64,000 bases of DNA from Eledone cirrhosa (GCA_964016885.1 OZ024742.1:293756001-293820000), one strand, 5' to 3'; counted from the stretch's first letter, positions 39,050-51,974 are shown. A program made the numbers and translations. The notes: generated by a model not told the origin, from the letters alone.

Positions 39050-39450
39050 TATAGTTCTCAAGGCCTTAACAAAGAAGTTCCAGTGACTTGAGATCAGGTC
39101 TCACAACATCTGGCCAAAGTCTTTCTTGGTCTTCCTCTACTGTGGCTTTTTTCCACTGGGATTTCTTGCCACTTCTTCACTTACCAATCATCATCCATGT
39201 GCATCACATGTTCATACCAGATAGTCTTCTCTCCTGCACAATACATCTGATTCTTCTTATACCCAGTTTTATCCTTCAGTTCATTCTTGCCTTGTCCTTC
39301 ACACATTAACGTTGCACATCTATCGAAGCACTTCATTTCTCTCCAGCCTTCACATATTCCTTGCATTCACTGCCCATGTCTCACTGCTATACAGCATCAT
39401 ACACAGGAGTCATACAGCCAGCCTTTACCTCATAGAGGGGGGCCTTTTGT
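39050..39450 (-). mobile_element. Old RTE family-1-related fragment
   Basis: Similar to 7650-8010 (CATCACATG.CCATACCA...CTCTCCTGCACA); WYEHVMHMDD in the ORF track. Another such fragment at ~61510-61740 (+). Confidence 0.7.
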
Positions 39451-39542
39451 TGTCAACACACATTTACATACACACATTTACATACACATACAAAAATATA
39501 GGTCAACACCCTAATGCCTACATATATATATATATATATATA

Positions 39543-39777
39543 TCATCATCATCATTTTTTGTCGTGCTTTTTTACCGTGGCACCTCCACGACCACTTTGC
39601 AGTGGAATGATATGGACCCCAGTCCCTACCATCTCATTTCTACAGCTGAGTAAACTGGAACAATGTGAAATAAAGTGTCTTGCTCAAGGAAACAACACAT
39701 CACCCGGTCCGAGAATTGAACTCACAACCTTTCGATTGCAAGGCCAATGCTCTAACCACTAAGCCATGTGCCTCCAC
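39543..39777 (-). mobile_element. tRNA-derived SINE family 2 with an RTE-derived 3' tail
   Basis: Minus strand: A box TGGCTTAGTGG, B box GAGTTCAATTC, central CCTTGAGCAAGACACTT domain, then CACTGCAAAGTGGTCGTGGAGGTGCCACGG (identical to the RTE 3' UTR at ~7497-7526) and a (GAT)n tail. Confidence 0.8.
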
Positions 39778-39858
39778 ATATACATATATATGTATGCATA
39801 TCAATGCCATAACATCAATCTTTAAAAGTGCAATGTCACTGCAAAATGTTTTTTTTTT

Positions 39859-39890
<32 letters not shown>

Positions 39891-39964
39891 CTGCATAAAT
39901 AATATTGAAGTCCAATCTGATAAAAAATTGAAAATATCAGTAACTGAAGAGAGTAAAGAGTATA

Positions 39965-40992
39965 TGAGAGAGAGTAGAGAGAGAGGAGAGGGTAGGGAGT
40001 AGAGAGAGTAGAGGGGAGAGTAGAGGAGAGAGTAGAGGGGAGAGAGAGTAGAGGGGAGAGTAGGGGGGAGAGAGAGTAGAGAGAGAGAGTAGAGGGGGGG
40101 TAGAGGGGTAGAGAGAGTGGGGGGTAGAGGGGGGTAGATGGGGAGAGAGAGAGTAGAGGGGGGAGAGAGAGTAGGGGGTAGAGGGGGGAGAGAGAGTAGG
40201 GGGTAGAGGGGGGAGAGAGTAGGGGGGAGAGGGTGGAGAGTAGAGGGGAAAGAGAGTAGGGGGTAGAGGGGGGAGAGTAGAGGGGAGAGAGAGAGAGTAG
40301 AGGGGAGAGAGAGAGTAGAGGGGAGAGAGAGGAGAGAGAGAGTAGAGGGGAGAGAGAGTAGAGGGGAGAGAGAGAGTAGAGGGGAGAGAGAGTATGGGGG
40401 TAGGGGGAGTAGGGGAGAGAGTAGGGGGAGAGGGGGAGGGGGAAAGATAGGTAGAGAGGGGAGGGAGGGGGAAAGATAGGTAGAGAGGGGAGGGAGAGTG
40501 AGAGAGAGAGATGGAGAGAGAGTGAGCAAGAGATTGAGAGAGAGAGAGTGAGAGAGAGAGATTGAGAGAGAGAGAGAGAGAGAGAGATTGAGAGAGAGAT
40601 TGAGAGAGAGATTGAGAGAGAGAGAGAGAGAGATTGAGAGAGAGAGATTGAGAGAGAGTGAGAGAGAGAGATGGAGAGTTGAGAGAGAGTGAGAGAGATG
40701 GCGAGTTGAGAGAGAGAGAGTGAGAGAGATGGCGAGTTGAGAGAGAGTGAGAGAGAGAGTGAGAGAGATTGATGGAGAGTAGAGAGAGAGAGATGGAGAG
40801 TAGAGAGAGATGGAGAGTAGAGAGAGATGGAGAGTAGAGAGAGAGTGAAAGAGAGATGGAGAGTAGAGAGAGTGAAAGAGAGATGGAGAGTAGAGAGAGT
40901 GAAAGAGAGATGGAGAGTAGAGAGAGAGTGAAAGAGAGATGGAGAGTAGAGAGAGAGTGAAAGAGAGATGGAGAGTAGAGAGGGGGGAGAAG
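39965..40992. repeat. ~1-kb polypurine (GA/G-run) microsatellite complex
   Basis: GAGAGTAGAGGGG, GAGAGATT and GAGAGATGGAGAGTA variants arranged in blocks. Confidence 0.95.
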
Positions 40993-42491
40993 AGTGGTGG
41001 GAGTAGCAATCTACTTATAGTGGTTTCATCAGATCAATGTCTCAGTAAATTAGGTTTTGTAGAAATACTACAGCTATTGACTTGTTTACTATACTTTATA
41101 GAAATACTTATTGTACTTTCTATTTGTGCAAGAGTTTCTAGCTAAAATATTGATTTGCAAGGATAGGCAGAGGACCACAAATTTTTTGGAGGGAATTTCT
41201 TGTTGGTTATCTCCGCCTGGAAAGAGCATCTGACCAAACACATGACTGTGGAGCTATATTTTTGCAATTACTGATGGTCCAACCCATGCAAGTATGAAAA
41301 AAAAACATTTATGAATGATGATGATGTTATTATAAAGAGAGACATGTTTCACAAGATATTGCAGGAGATTTAAACAAGAACTCAGTGATATACTGTCATG
41401 GCTGCCACAGCATAGATATACATGGGTCAGTCATTCATCGACCATCTCTGTATTGGCAGAGGATGTTGCTTTACTGACCTCCCAAATCAAACATGCTCAA
41501 TTAGTGATTTCTAACTATAGAAAGCTACACATTTTAGGGTAGTGGAATATCTCCTGTTAAGGGCAACTAACCAAACAGACTGCATGGCAATTGTTTTGCA
41601 ATCAGTAATGGTCCAATCAGTGGAAGCATGAAAAAAAACAGGCATAAAAATGAGGACAGGACTGGGGCCTCTATCATAAAAAAAACACCCAAGAAACCTC
41701 GTGTGAGATATCTCATAGAAGGCTAGCTAAATCTATGTGTGAGCCATAACAACATAATAATGATGATGATGTTATAGAGAGACATGAATTTTTCAGGGCA
41801 TTGCTTGAGAATTAAACAAGAACTTATAGGTGATATACTCCTACAGAAACCACAACAGAGACAGACTCAGCTTTGTACAAACACAGAATGTGGCCCTGTT
41901 GACCTCCCAAACGCTATGCAAGATCATAACATGGGTGTGACCAAGTCAGACAAATCCGAGCAAGCTCAACCAGATGATATAGTTGGTTATATCAACCCTA
42001 ACACTCAACTCAAATACATGTTATCTACACTTCAAGAATGCTAAACAAAATCCACTCAGCAGAATTTGAACAGAGAACATAAAGGAAGGTAACTAAATAC
42101 CACAAGCATTTTGTCCAATTCTCTACTTATGCTAATAACTTGTAGCTAAAATATCAAGAACATATCTATTCCAGATTTAAGAGGCGACTAATGGGTTAAT
42201 GCCAAGAAAGGCATCTGGCTGTAAAACAGTCCCAAAAAGTCTCATCAAACCCATGCCAGCATGAAAAAGTGGATGTAAAAATGATAATGTCAATAGTGAT
42301 GAGAATAATGACAATATTACTTCATATAAAAAATACAACCAAAATTAGTCTCAGATTTAAAAGGTTTCAAATTTATGTTTAATGAATGACTAATAGAGCA
42401 AACATGACAAAGCTTTTATATATAATACACAACACACAGAAAACACACAACAAATACATACATTAACATATTCCATTGGTAAACTAAAAGA

Positions 42492-42910
42492 TATTAGGTT
42501 GTTTAGAAATTAATGTAGGTTTTATGTTTTTAGTTATTTCAACATTATTTTTAAAGAATAAAAATTCACACAAAATGTGTAAAATTGAGTACCATTTTTA
42601 ATTTTATTTTATGCTCTTTCTTTCTATGGAATCCATTTTTAATACAAATTACATTTTTGTCAATTTTCAGAGCTTTGAAGTTAAGATGTCAAAAGAGGAT
42701 TTTTGCCTCATTTATCTCTATAAGTTTAAACACAACAGTAGTATTACACAAGCAGCTAGAAACATCAATGAAGTTTGAGGTTAAGGTAGTGTTAATGAGT
42801 GCGCAGTACAACATTGGTTTCATTTCTGTCATGGTGAATTCATTCATGAAGATAAGGAAGGTCACAGATAATCTTTTGCTATTGACAATGATAAATTAAA
42901 GATGCTGCAG
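42492..42910 (+). mobile_element. mariner 5' relic: TIR plus HTH-region transposase fragment
   Basis: TA|TTAGGTTGTTTAGAAATTAATG TIR-like start; ATG at 42686 gives MSKEDFCLIYLYKFKHNSSITQAARNINEV*G*GSVNECAVQHWF. Confidence 0.75.
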
Positions 42911-43352
42911 GGAGGGATCAAACTTGGAACCTAATGAATGTCAAGCAAACTTCTTAGCCATTTAGTCATGCTATGTCTACTTTTGTTAAATAATGTTTCA
43001 AACATCAGCTTAATAATGAGAAAGTTATTTTACTAAACTCCTCCTCCAAATTCTTTATTATTTTCAAAATATATTGAAACATATTGGTTGTATATTTCAT
43101 TAGAAATATTGCAACAAAAGTGCTAAAACTATATATATATATAATCATCAGCATTTTTATATCCACTTTTCCACACTTGCATGGGTTGGATGGGTTCTTC
43201 TCAGCACGGCATCTCTCTACACATTGCGATCCTTTGTCATCATCTCTGCGAGTCTCAGTAATAAATAAGAAATTAAATTTGATAGATATATCTATTAAAG
43301 CAGTTTAAGAAAGCTTATAGTACCAAGAGGCTTACAGACACCAGCTCCACTA

Positions 43353-43564
43353 CTTTAGCATTTAAACCAGTTGTATACGGCCAGAATTCTCTCACCTCTT
43401 TCTGTTCAAACCAGCTGTAACCAGCCCCTCATACCGATGTTAAGGTTCTGTTCTCAAAATAAATAATATCAAAATCTCATAGATTCGATATTATGCGAGA
43501 TAAAGCCTTTACTGTGAAAATACAATAGTATATATAGAGAGAGAGTAATGTAAATGCTAAAGGG
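43353..43564. mobile_element. piggyBac-like MITE family A
   Basis: CTTTAGCATTTAAACC...TAAATGCTAAAGGG|TTAA. Confidence 0.8.
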
Positions 43565-44214
43565 TTAAGTCTGCGTACAAACTAATAAATACTAATATAT
43601 ATATTAATAAGATTTTAACAACACTTTTTTCATCTATGTCAATATCCAATATAGCCTGTCAGACCAGTAGCAGCATTTTGAATAAAGAAAAACAAATAAA
43701 AATTGAAAAATAACACAATTAAACATTTCTATAATGTCTTACCAATTCCTCTGAGAATGAAGAACATAAGACAAAAGTGTTAAAAAGTTAAATACAACAG
43801 TCACTTAGTAGAAAGGTTGGTTCCCTTCATCTACTCTCATGTCTTTTACAGAATCGATTTTGGATAGACAGTTTTAGTTAGTAAATCCATTTAAAATATT
43901 CTGACACAGAACTAGTAAGTAATCTTTGATGTTAAGTAAACGACAAATAGAAAATAAAGGCAGGCTTTTAATTTAGTTTTGTTAAGTATTTTAGTTATTG
44001 TTTTTGTTTTGTTTTTTTATTTATTTCCCTCCTCCTCACAATTTTCTTAAGAAAAATAGACCAAAAACAATTTCAATATAGACCATTCTTTCAGGTAAAA
44101 ATCTATATGAAAATATACACTAGCATGCATATACACACATACACACATTCACATAGGCATACACAGACAGACACATACATACACACATGTGCATAGACAG
44201 ACACATAGAGAATA

Positions 44215-44470
44215 GGCAGAGCTATTACAGTGAAGGACAAAATACTATGTGGTATTTGTTCTGGATTTCTGTGCTCTGAGTTCAAATATAACAAAAGTCA
44301 ACTTTGCTTCACATCTTTTCAGGGCTGATAAGATAAAGTAGTAGTATTGGGGTGGTGGATTGGTGAAATTGACTAAGTATCTGACTAGATACCTTGCAGT
44401 ATTTGTCCTGATACTTTGCATTCTGAGTTCAAATTCCACCAAAGTCAATTTTGTCTCATCGTTTCAAGAT
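44215..44470 (+). mobile_element. Two tandem older SINE family-1-related copies
   Basis: CTGAGTTCAAAT...AAAGTCAACTTTG..T.ATC motif appears twice. Confidence 0.6.
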
Positions 44471-44476
44471 CCATAA

Positions 44477-44739
44477 CCCTTTAGCATCTACATTATATTT
44501 ACCATTGTATTTTCACGGTAATCACTTTATCTTACATAATATCAAATCTACGAGATTTTCATATTATATACGTTAACACAAGTATGAGCAGCCGGTTATA
44601 TCATATACCTTAACATAAGTATGAGCAGCCAGTTATATTATATACCTTAACATAAGTATGAGCAGCTGGTTATGGCCGGTTTAAACAGAATGAGGTGAGA
44701 GAATTCTGGCTGGATATGGCCGGTTTAAATGCTAAAGGG
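44477..44739. mobile_element. piggyBac-like MITE family A with an internal triplication
   Basis: CCCTTTAGCAT...AATGCTAAAGGG|TTAA; TTAACA(T/C)AAGTATGAGCAGC..GTTAT occurs three times. Confidence 0.8.
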
Positions 44740-45838
44740 TTAATGAACCAGTCCAATATTGGGGTCGTCTTTCTCTCTTCTTAAGAAATCAGCTGTGTTC
44801 CAGCCTAGAAAAGGATGAACTCTGCCAGGTTTAAAAAGCCCAGGGCATACCATGTCAAGATGGCATCCCTATGACTATCAAGAGTTAAGGGCCCTTTTCC
44901 CTTTTTTTTAAAGCTTGCTCTGATACAAGGAGTCAGGCTAGGTTTCCAGTTTGAGAGTAACTTACTCCACTCTTCCTTCGACCAGTTTCGGAAGCTCTGA
45001 AAGAAACCAAGTCACTGCCCTTCTCTTCCAGACTAAAAGAGTAAAAAAATATTTTTTTTAAACTTCACAAAAGAAGAAAAGAAAGAAATACATTTTAAGT
45101 GCTGGATACACTTAAAATGTATATCCAGCACTTAAATAGTTCCGATAGATTTAATAATAGATCTCAGTAAATCTAAACACACACACATAAATACACACAG
45201 ATAAATACACACACCTTATCACATACAAGCACACATACACAAACTCACACAATTCTACACAAACAGACTATCACACACAATTCTACACACATACACACAC
45301 AAACATTACCACATACTTACATACACATTACCACACACTCACAAGCATAAATGACTACCTCATGGCTAATGTTTGGCAAGTTATTAACTCACTGTCTAGA
45401 CAGCCAGCCAATTTCTTACAATTAAACCACAATACTAAATTTCCAAGTTTTAAAATTGGTCTCTATAAGAACTTCCTTTTAATATCATTTGTCCAACAGA
45501 ATTGAATTAAATTGATGAATGTGAAAATCTAAATTAAACTATTACAATAAATTTTGAGAACCTTGTTTAAAATAAAATTAAAATAACTGTAAATATCGAT
45601 TAAAATAATATTTTAAATGTTTTCAAAATTTAAATTCTTAAAACTTACTAAGACCAGTTTCAATATTTTGGGCGTGTTTGGTATTTGTAAGGGTACTGAG
45701 TTGTAGAAACCATGCCAAAATATGGAACATATGATCAAGATGTTATCTAACCAAGTCTTGATTTTGACCATGCCAAACCATCATGCATATGCCAGCATGT
45801 TTATATAGATTTTAAACAGTGATGTATGTGTGTGTATA

Positions 45839-45881
<43 letters not shown>

Positions 45882-45998
45882 ATATATGAGGTTATAGTGT
45901 AATAGTTCGCTATTTTCATTGGTATGATGAATTAAGCTCGATGCAATTATTTTATTCTAGCTGCATTGAAATGCGCTTGGCAATGTATAAATAAATAA

Positions 45999-46154
45999 TA
46001 ATTGTTTCTACTTTTGGCTCAAGGCCAGCAATTATCCCAGTATGTTACTGGTACTTTATTTTATCGACCCTGTAAGGATGAAATGCAAAGTTAACTTTGG
46101 TGGGATTTGAACTCAGACCATAAAGGGACGTAACTATACTGCCAATCCACCGCC
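45999..46154 (-). mobile_element. tRNA-derived SINE family 1, internally deleted
   Basis: Reverse-complement match ending ACTGCCAATCCACCGCC. Confidence 0.8.
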
Positions 46155-46204
46155 TTATAAATAAATAATAATCCTTGGTCTTATTGAATTTTGAACTATA
46201 TATA

Positions 46205-46365
46205 TACATGAGATGGTATGAAAAGGTTTCCAGAATAGTTATGTAGCACGCCAAAAGATAGCAACACACAGGTGCACGCGCAGTGAGAACTAGCAGTGAC
46301 CTTCTTGCACCAGTGTGCTGAGTGACATTGCTGTGTTGACTTCACAAGTTGTGAAATTTGCGATC
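46205..46365 (+). mobile_element. Probable mariner terminal relic
   Basis: TACATGAGATGGTATGAAAAGGTTTCCAGAAT resembles mariner TACGAGGGG...AAAAAGTTTCCGGA TIRs. Confidence 0.4.
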
Positions 46366-46795
46366 ACATGTATTCTATAGCCTGCCATGTATTCTATAGC
46401 CTGTTAGAACAAAGAGCCAAAGTGACGTTTTTCATTCAACTTGGAAAATCTGCTAGAGAGAGAGAGGGAGGGGGGTGAGTGAGTTTGTGTGTGTGTTTGT
46501 GAGAGGGTGTGTGTGAGTGTGACCCAACCCATGCAATCATAGAAAACCCAATGTAAAAGGATGATGATAATGTTGATAACATAACACGCACACATACACA
46601 CACACACATAATGAGGGGACCTGCAATATCTGTTACCATTACAGTAATTTAGTGGAGATTTTTATCTCTATAATGTTCTACTATTAATGTTTTATTGGAT
46701 TCCCCCAACCCACTTTTAAACTCTCTCCCTCTCTCACCCAACAATTTGTGAACATTCAGTTCAATATATCTGTAACCAATGCAGAAACTAATAAC

Positions 46796-46980
46796 TGTTT
46801 CTACTATTGGCACAAGGCCAGAAATTACCCAGTACATTACTGGTACTTTATTTTATCGACCCCGTAAGGATGAAAGGCAAAGTTAACCTCGGCGGGATTT
46901 GAACTCAGAATAGCAAGGGCCGTAACTCTATGCATCAAAGCATGGCGTCCGACCCTCTACCGATACTGCCAATCCACCGC
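46796..46980 (-). mobile_element. Young full-length SINE family 1 with a TSD
   Basis: CpG-rich copy; GCAGAAACTAATAAC duplicated at 46781-46795 and 46979-46993. Confidence 0.9.
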
Positions 46981-47289
46981 AGAAACTAATAACACAACAT
47001 ATCTTACATAAAACTACTCTTAACTTACTGAATTCCTTGATATGATACATAGTGAGAGGGGAGAGAGAGAGATATAGAAAGATAGGAGAGAGAAAGATAT
47101 GGGAATATAGAGAAAGATAAGGAGAGGGTAAAAAAAGAGAAATAGAAAAAAGTATTTAGAGGAATCATGTAAATATTACCTCTGTCTTTGGTATAAAATG
47201 AGAGAACATTTTTAGTGATACCATAATGGTTGTAAATATAATAACAGCCATTGATGATATCAGTGTATATAATATTGATATATCAGTGA

Positions 47290-48295
47290 TATTGATATAA
47301 CAGCTATAATGGTATTGGAGTATATAACATCTATAATGTTATTGGTGTATATAGCTATATAGTATTGGTGTATATAACAGTTTTAATGGTATTGGTATGT
47401 ATAATATCTATATGGTATTGGTGTATATAATAGCTATATGGTATTGGTGTATATAATATCATCATCTCCGTTTAACGTCCATTTTTCCATGCTAGCATGG
47501 GTTAGATGAGTTGTCCAGATGTGAACCAAGCCAGATCAGATGACTGTCTTGCTCTCACTGAACCAATTTTGGCTTGGTTTCTACAGCTGGATGCCCTTCC
47601 TAACACTAACCACATTTACAGTGAGTACTCGGTGCTTTTGTCGTGACATCTACACATGGGGTGGAGGAGGTGCAATGGGATTGGAGAGGTATATATTATC
47701 TATATGGTACCAGTGTATATATTATCTATATGGTACCAGTGTATATATTATCTATATGGTACCAGTGTATATATTATCTATATGGTACCAGTGTATATAT
47801 TATCTATATGGTACCAGTGTATATAATATCTACAAGGTACTGGTGTATATAATATCTATAAGGTACTGGTGTATATAATACCTATATGGTACTGGTGTAT
47901 ATAATACCTATATGGTACTGGTGTATATAATACCTATATGGTACTGGTGTATATAATATCTATATGGTACTGGTGTATATATATCTATATGGTACTGGTG
48001 TATATAATATCTATATGGTACTGGTGTATATAATATCTATATGGTACTGGTGTATATAATACCTATATGGTACTGGTGTATATAATACCTATATGGTACC
48101 GGTGTATATATATCTATATGGTATTAGTATATATATTATCTATATGGTACTGGTGTATATAATACCTATATGGTACTGGTGTATATATTATCTATATGGT
48201 ACTGGTGTATATAATATCTATATGGTACTGGTGTATATAATATCTATATGGTACTGGTGTATATAATACTTATATGGTACTGGTGTATATAATAA
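47290..48295. repeat. 26-bp minisatellite interrupted by an RTE-tail insertion (~47459-47690)
   Basis: Unit ATAATATCTATATGGTACTGGTGTAT (GGTACC at 47706 and 47732 gives period 26); more diverged GGTATTGG units lie left of the insertion. Confidence 0.9.
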
Positions 48296-48820
48296 CCATT
48301 TATGGTGTGTCTTGGCACCAATGAGTGTTCAAGTTGAGAAATTAATGAAGTTCTCAGGGAGATTCAGCATGGTGCAATGTATGACAACACACTAACCATT
48401 AAACCATGCACCTTCACACCATATTGGTATCAGTGTCAATGTTATCAACAAGGATTTGCTGCAAGTCAAATAAATACCTTTTTTTTTATGGATGTTCATT
48501 CCACTTTCACTAAAACCATTTTTATCCTTCCTCAACACATGACACAACCATCTTATTCCATTTCTCTTTATAACATTCATCACTGGTTCTATTCACACCA
48601 TCCTCAGCAATTTATTGTCATCTCCTTTAGCAATACACTCTGCTGATCCACCAGAACATTCTCATTTCCATTCTTTCCAGCCTTCTCTGACTCTTCTTTG
48701 TTCCTCAATCATGTCTCACTCCTATAAATCATATTTAGAGTATGTAACAAATATATACTCTACACATGTATTGAATTCTCTTTCTCTTACATGTAGCCAA
48801 TCCTAGTAGTAGTAGTAGTA

Positions 48821-48838
48821 GTGTGTGTGTCTGTGTCT

Positions 48839-48910
<72 letters not shown>
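48821..48910. repeat. (GT)n microsatellite
   Basis: Direct inspection. Similar (CA)n/(TA)n tracts at ~2150, 29263, 37625, 49810, 56400. Confidence 0.95.
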
Positions 48911-48911
<1 letters not shown>

Positions 48912-49808
48912 TTAAACCATTTAAGGCTCATTAGGCCAGTGCTTAGCCCAGTTTTATGGCGCAAAGCAACTGAATGTACAAGACTCCCCCATGACAGGAT
49001 GCCAGCCTACTGCAGGGTTAAACCTCCAGCTATTGCTGGTACTCATTTTCAGCTGAGGAATCAAACCCATGACATTATGACTGTACGTCCAACACCCTAA
49101 CCACCAGGCCACACACCTCCACAGTTTGTGTGTATAATATTAGAAATAGTTGATCTGTTGGAAGTTACATAAAGAACAGTTTAACTAACTAACCAATAGT
49201 TAATCTTATGTTGTGATTATTTTATTGGTAAATGTCAAATAAAATCACTTGGTGAATAAATAATTCAAAGAAGGAAATGCAAATGTACAAAAAATGTAGA
49301 CATCTTCCAAAACATTACGAAACTTATCTTGAAATATTGCAGCATGATACTACTTTTTCTACAACCCTGGTAGACAGTTCTGTCTGTCAGGGTTGTTTAA
49401 CTGCAGCTAAATATCTTTTTTTCTTTTAAGTCAATCTTTTCCTCACAGTTTCTAGTACTGATTCCTTCATTACTCTCATCTTGGTCATGTTTGTCATGAA
49501 AGAACGGAAACAGAGTAGAATAGAAAGTACTCTTTAGTTTTAAAACCTCTCTCTCTCTCTCTCAACCTGCTACCATGTTAAAATACACTCACTGCTCTAC
49601 GTAAACAGAGACTTTGGTGCATCATCAATATATAGCTAATGTGTGTGTGTATGAGAAGGTACATGGCTTAGTGGTTAGGAATGTGGGCTCAATTATAATG
49701 TCAAGAATATGATTCCCAGAGGCAGGTGATGCATTGTGTCCTTGGGTAGGACACTTTATTTTACATTACTCCAGTTCACTCAGCTGGAGGAACAAAAATG
49801 AGTTGTTG

Positions 49809-49855
<47 letters not shown>

Positions 49856-50800
49856 TCACTGGTGTAGTATTAGCCTGTTGCCTGTCACTTGGACAACATC
49901 AGTCTCGAGAGTGGCAACTGACATACATTGTGAAACTGCTGGTCTTCCATAAAACACCATACCCAGGCTTGTGCCTAGAAGAGGAAACTTTTAGGGAACA
50001 AATCAGTAATAACCAAAAGCTACTTCATCATCATCATCATCATCATCATCTTCGTTTAACATCTGCTTTTCCTGTTAACAAGAGTTGACCTTCCTATCAT
50101 CAACCACTTTACAGAATATACTGGGTGCATTTATCGTGTAAATCACCAATGTTAGGGAGGTTAGCTGAAGAATCTTTATATATATATATGACAGGGAAGA
50201 AACTGGAAATTAATTACAGAATACCAAAAGAGATGATAATTGAATCCTAAGTAAATGGTTTAGAGTTCCAAAACTGAATTGTAACAAGAGAGGACTCCAC
50301 CTAACCCACGAATTGGTTCAGATAAAAAATAGTTGAAAATTACTAGAAATTACTTTCAAAATAATTCTAAAGTATGACTTCAGATTTATAAAAAAAAAAA
50401 ATTTTATTTGAAAAAAAATGTGTTTATGTAATGTGAGTGTGCATAAGCAAACTGTGAGAAAAACATTTTTTTCACAGTTTTCTCCATGATGATGCAGGAT
50501 TTACTATGGTTAGGCATTCACTGCACAACCATGTGGTTTCAGGATTGATCTTACTGCATTGTACTTTGAGTTTGTATAACCTCAAGCTAACCAATGCCTT
50601 GTAAGGGAATTTAGTAAAAGAAAATTGTATGGGTACCCATCATTTATATCTCTGTATGTGTGTGTTTCTATATGTGTGTGTGTACTTGTGTCTCTGCATG
50701 CATCTTCACATTTGACACCATTTAAGCAAGCAGTAACATTTGTTTATATCCTGCATAAGCAATGTGACCCACAGTGATTTGAAGAAGGTCAGCAGTATAT

Positions 50801-51025
50801 CATCATCATCATCATCATTTCATTTTACATCCACTTTTCCCTGCTTGCAAGGGTGGGATGGGAACTGATTCTGGCTTGATTTCTACAGCTGGATGCCCTT
50901 CCTAACACCAACCTCATTTACAGTGAGTGCTGGGTGCTTTTTTGCCGTGGGTACCTCCACGACCACTTTGCAGTGGAATGATAGGGACCCCAGTCCCTAT
51001 CATCTCATTTCTACAGCTGAGTAAA
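50801..51025 (-). mobile_element. 3' part of SINE family 2 with a long RTE-derived tail
   Basis: Shares CCTCCACGACCACTTTGCAGTG|GAATGATA.G.ACCCCAGTCCCTA.CATCTCATTTCTACAGCTGAGTAAA with 39543-39777, and TTTCTACAGCTGGATGCCCTTCCTAACACCAACCTCATTTACA with the LINE at 7383-7425. Confidence 0.8.
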
Positions 51026-51730
51026 TATATACCAGACTTAAAAATATAATATAGATTAGTGTCGGGAAGCACATAAAATACTGCCTGAAAAAGTTTCCTC
51101 CAACCCATACCTGAATGGAATAGCAGACAAAAACGATGATGATGATCATCATCATCATTCTCATGGTGATCATTTATTTCCTTATTTAGTAGAAAGTTTA
51201 AAAAGTAATATGACCATATCTGACATCTTTTATAACAAATTACCAAAGAATAGTTTTTTTCTGCATCAAATTGCCTGTGTTCATGTCATCTGCATGCTAT
51301 TCTAGATACATTGTCAAAGAAATTCCTCCTCTTCCATAAGATTTCTACTACCCAGCATGGTCTTAAGGACTAGAAATATGAACAATGAGAAAATACAACT
51401 AGATAAAATGTTTCCACATCTATAAATTATAACTGAATAGAAGGAAAACAAACAACAAAAGATATAAATCATCCTCATCATCTTTTAATATTCAGTTTTC
51501 CTGTTAGCAAGGGTAGATAGAGAATAATGATAATATATCTAATATTAAAAAAAACAACTTTATATCTGAATTATTGTAATATATACTACAGGGAATATCG
51601 AAGAACAATTCTACACTTGAAATTAAGTGTACAGGAAGGATGTTTCTATGGAATAGTTCCTATGAACAACTTAATTCTCAGTTTCATTTAGCCTTTATAC
51701 TATTACTACTACTACTACTACTACAATTAT

Positions 51731-51928
51731 GTGGTGGATTGGCAGATCATGAGAGTGTCAGATGAAATGCTTTGCATTACATTCTGAGTTCAAATCCTGC
51801 CGAGGTTAGCTTTGCCTTTTATCCTTATGGAGTCGATAAAATAAAGTACCAGTCTCGCACTGAGGTTGATATAATCAACCTCCTCCTCTCCCAAATTTCT
51901 ACCTTGTGCTTATGTTAGAAATCATTAT
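51731..51928 (+). mobile_element. tRNA-derived SINE family 1 variant
   Basis: GTGGATTGGCAGA...CTGAGTTCAAATCCTGCCGAGG...GTCGATAAAATAAAGTACCAGT. Confidence 0.8.
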
Positions 51929-51974
51929 TACTCTTATATTTCCAGATAACAACACATCATCGTAGTCTAATGAT

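Noticed and set aside
39858-41009. 383-aa Leu/Ser/Pro ORF
   Set aside because: Translation of the polypurine/polypyrimidine tract.
24760-42910. The two mariner relics as halves of one element
   Set aside because: The catalytic part lies 17 kb upstream of the N-terminal part on the same strand, which is the wrong order; treated as independent decayed copies.
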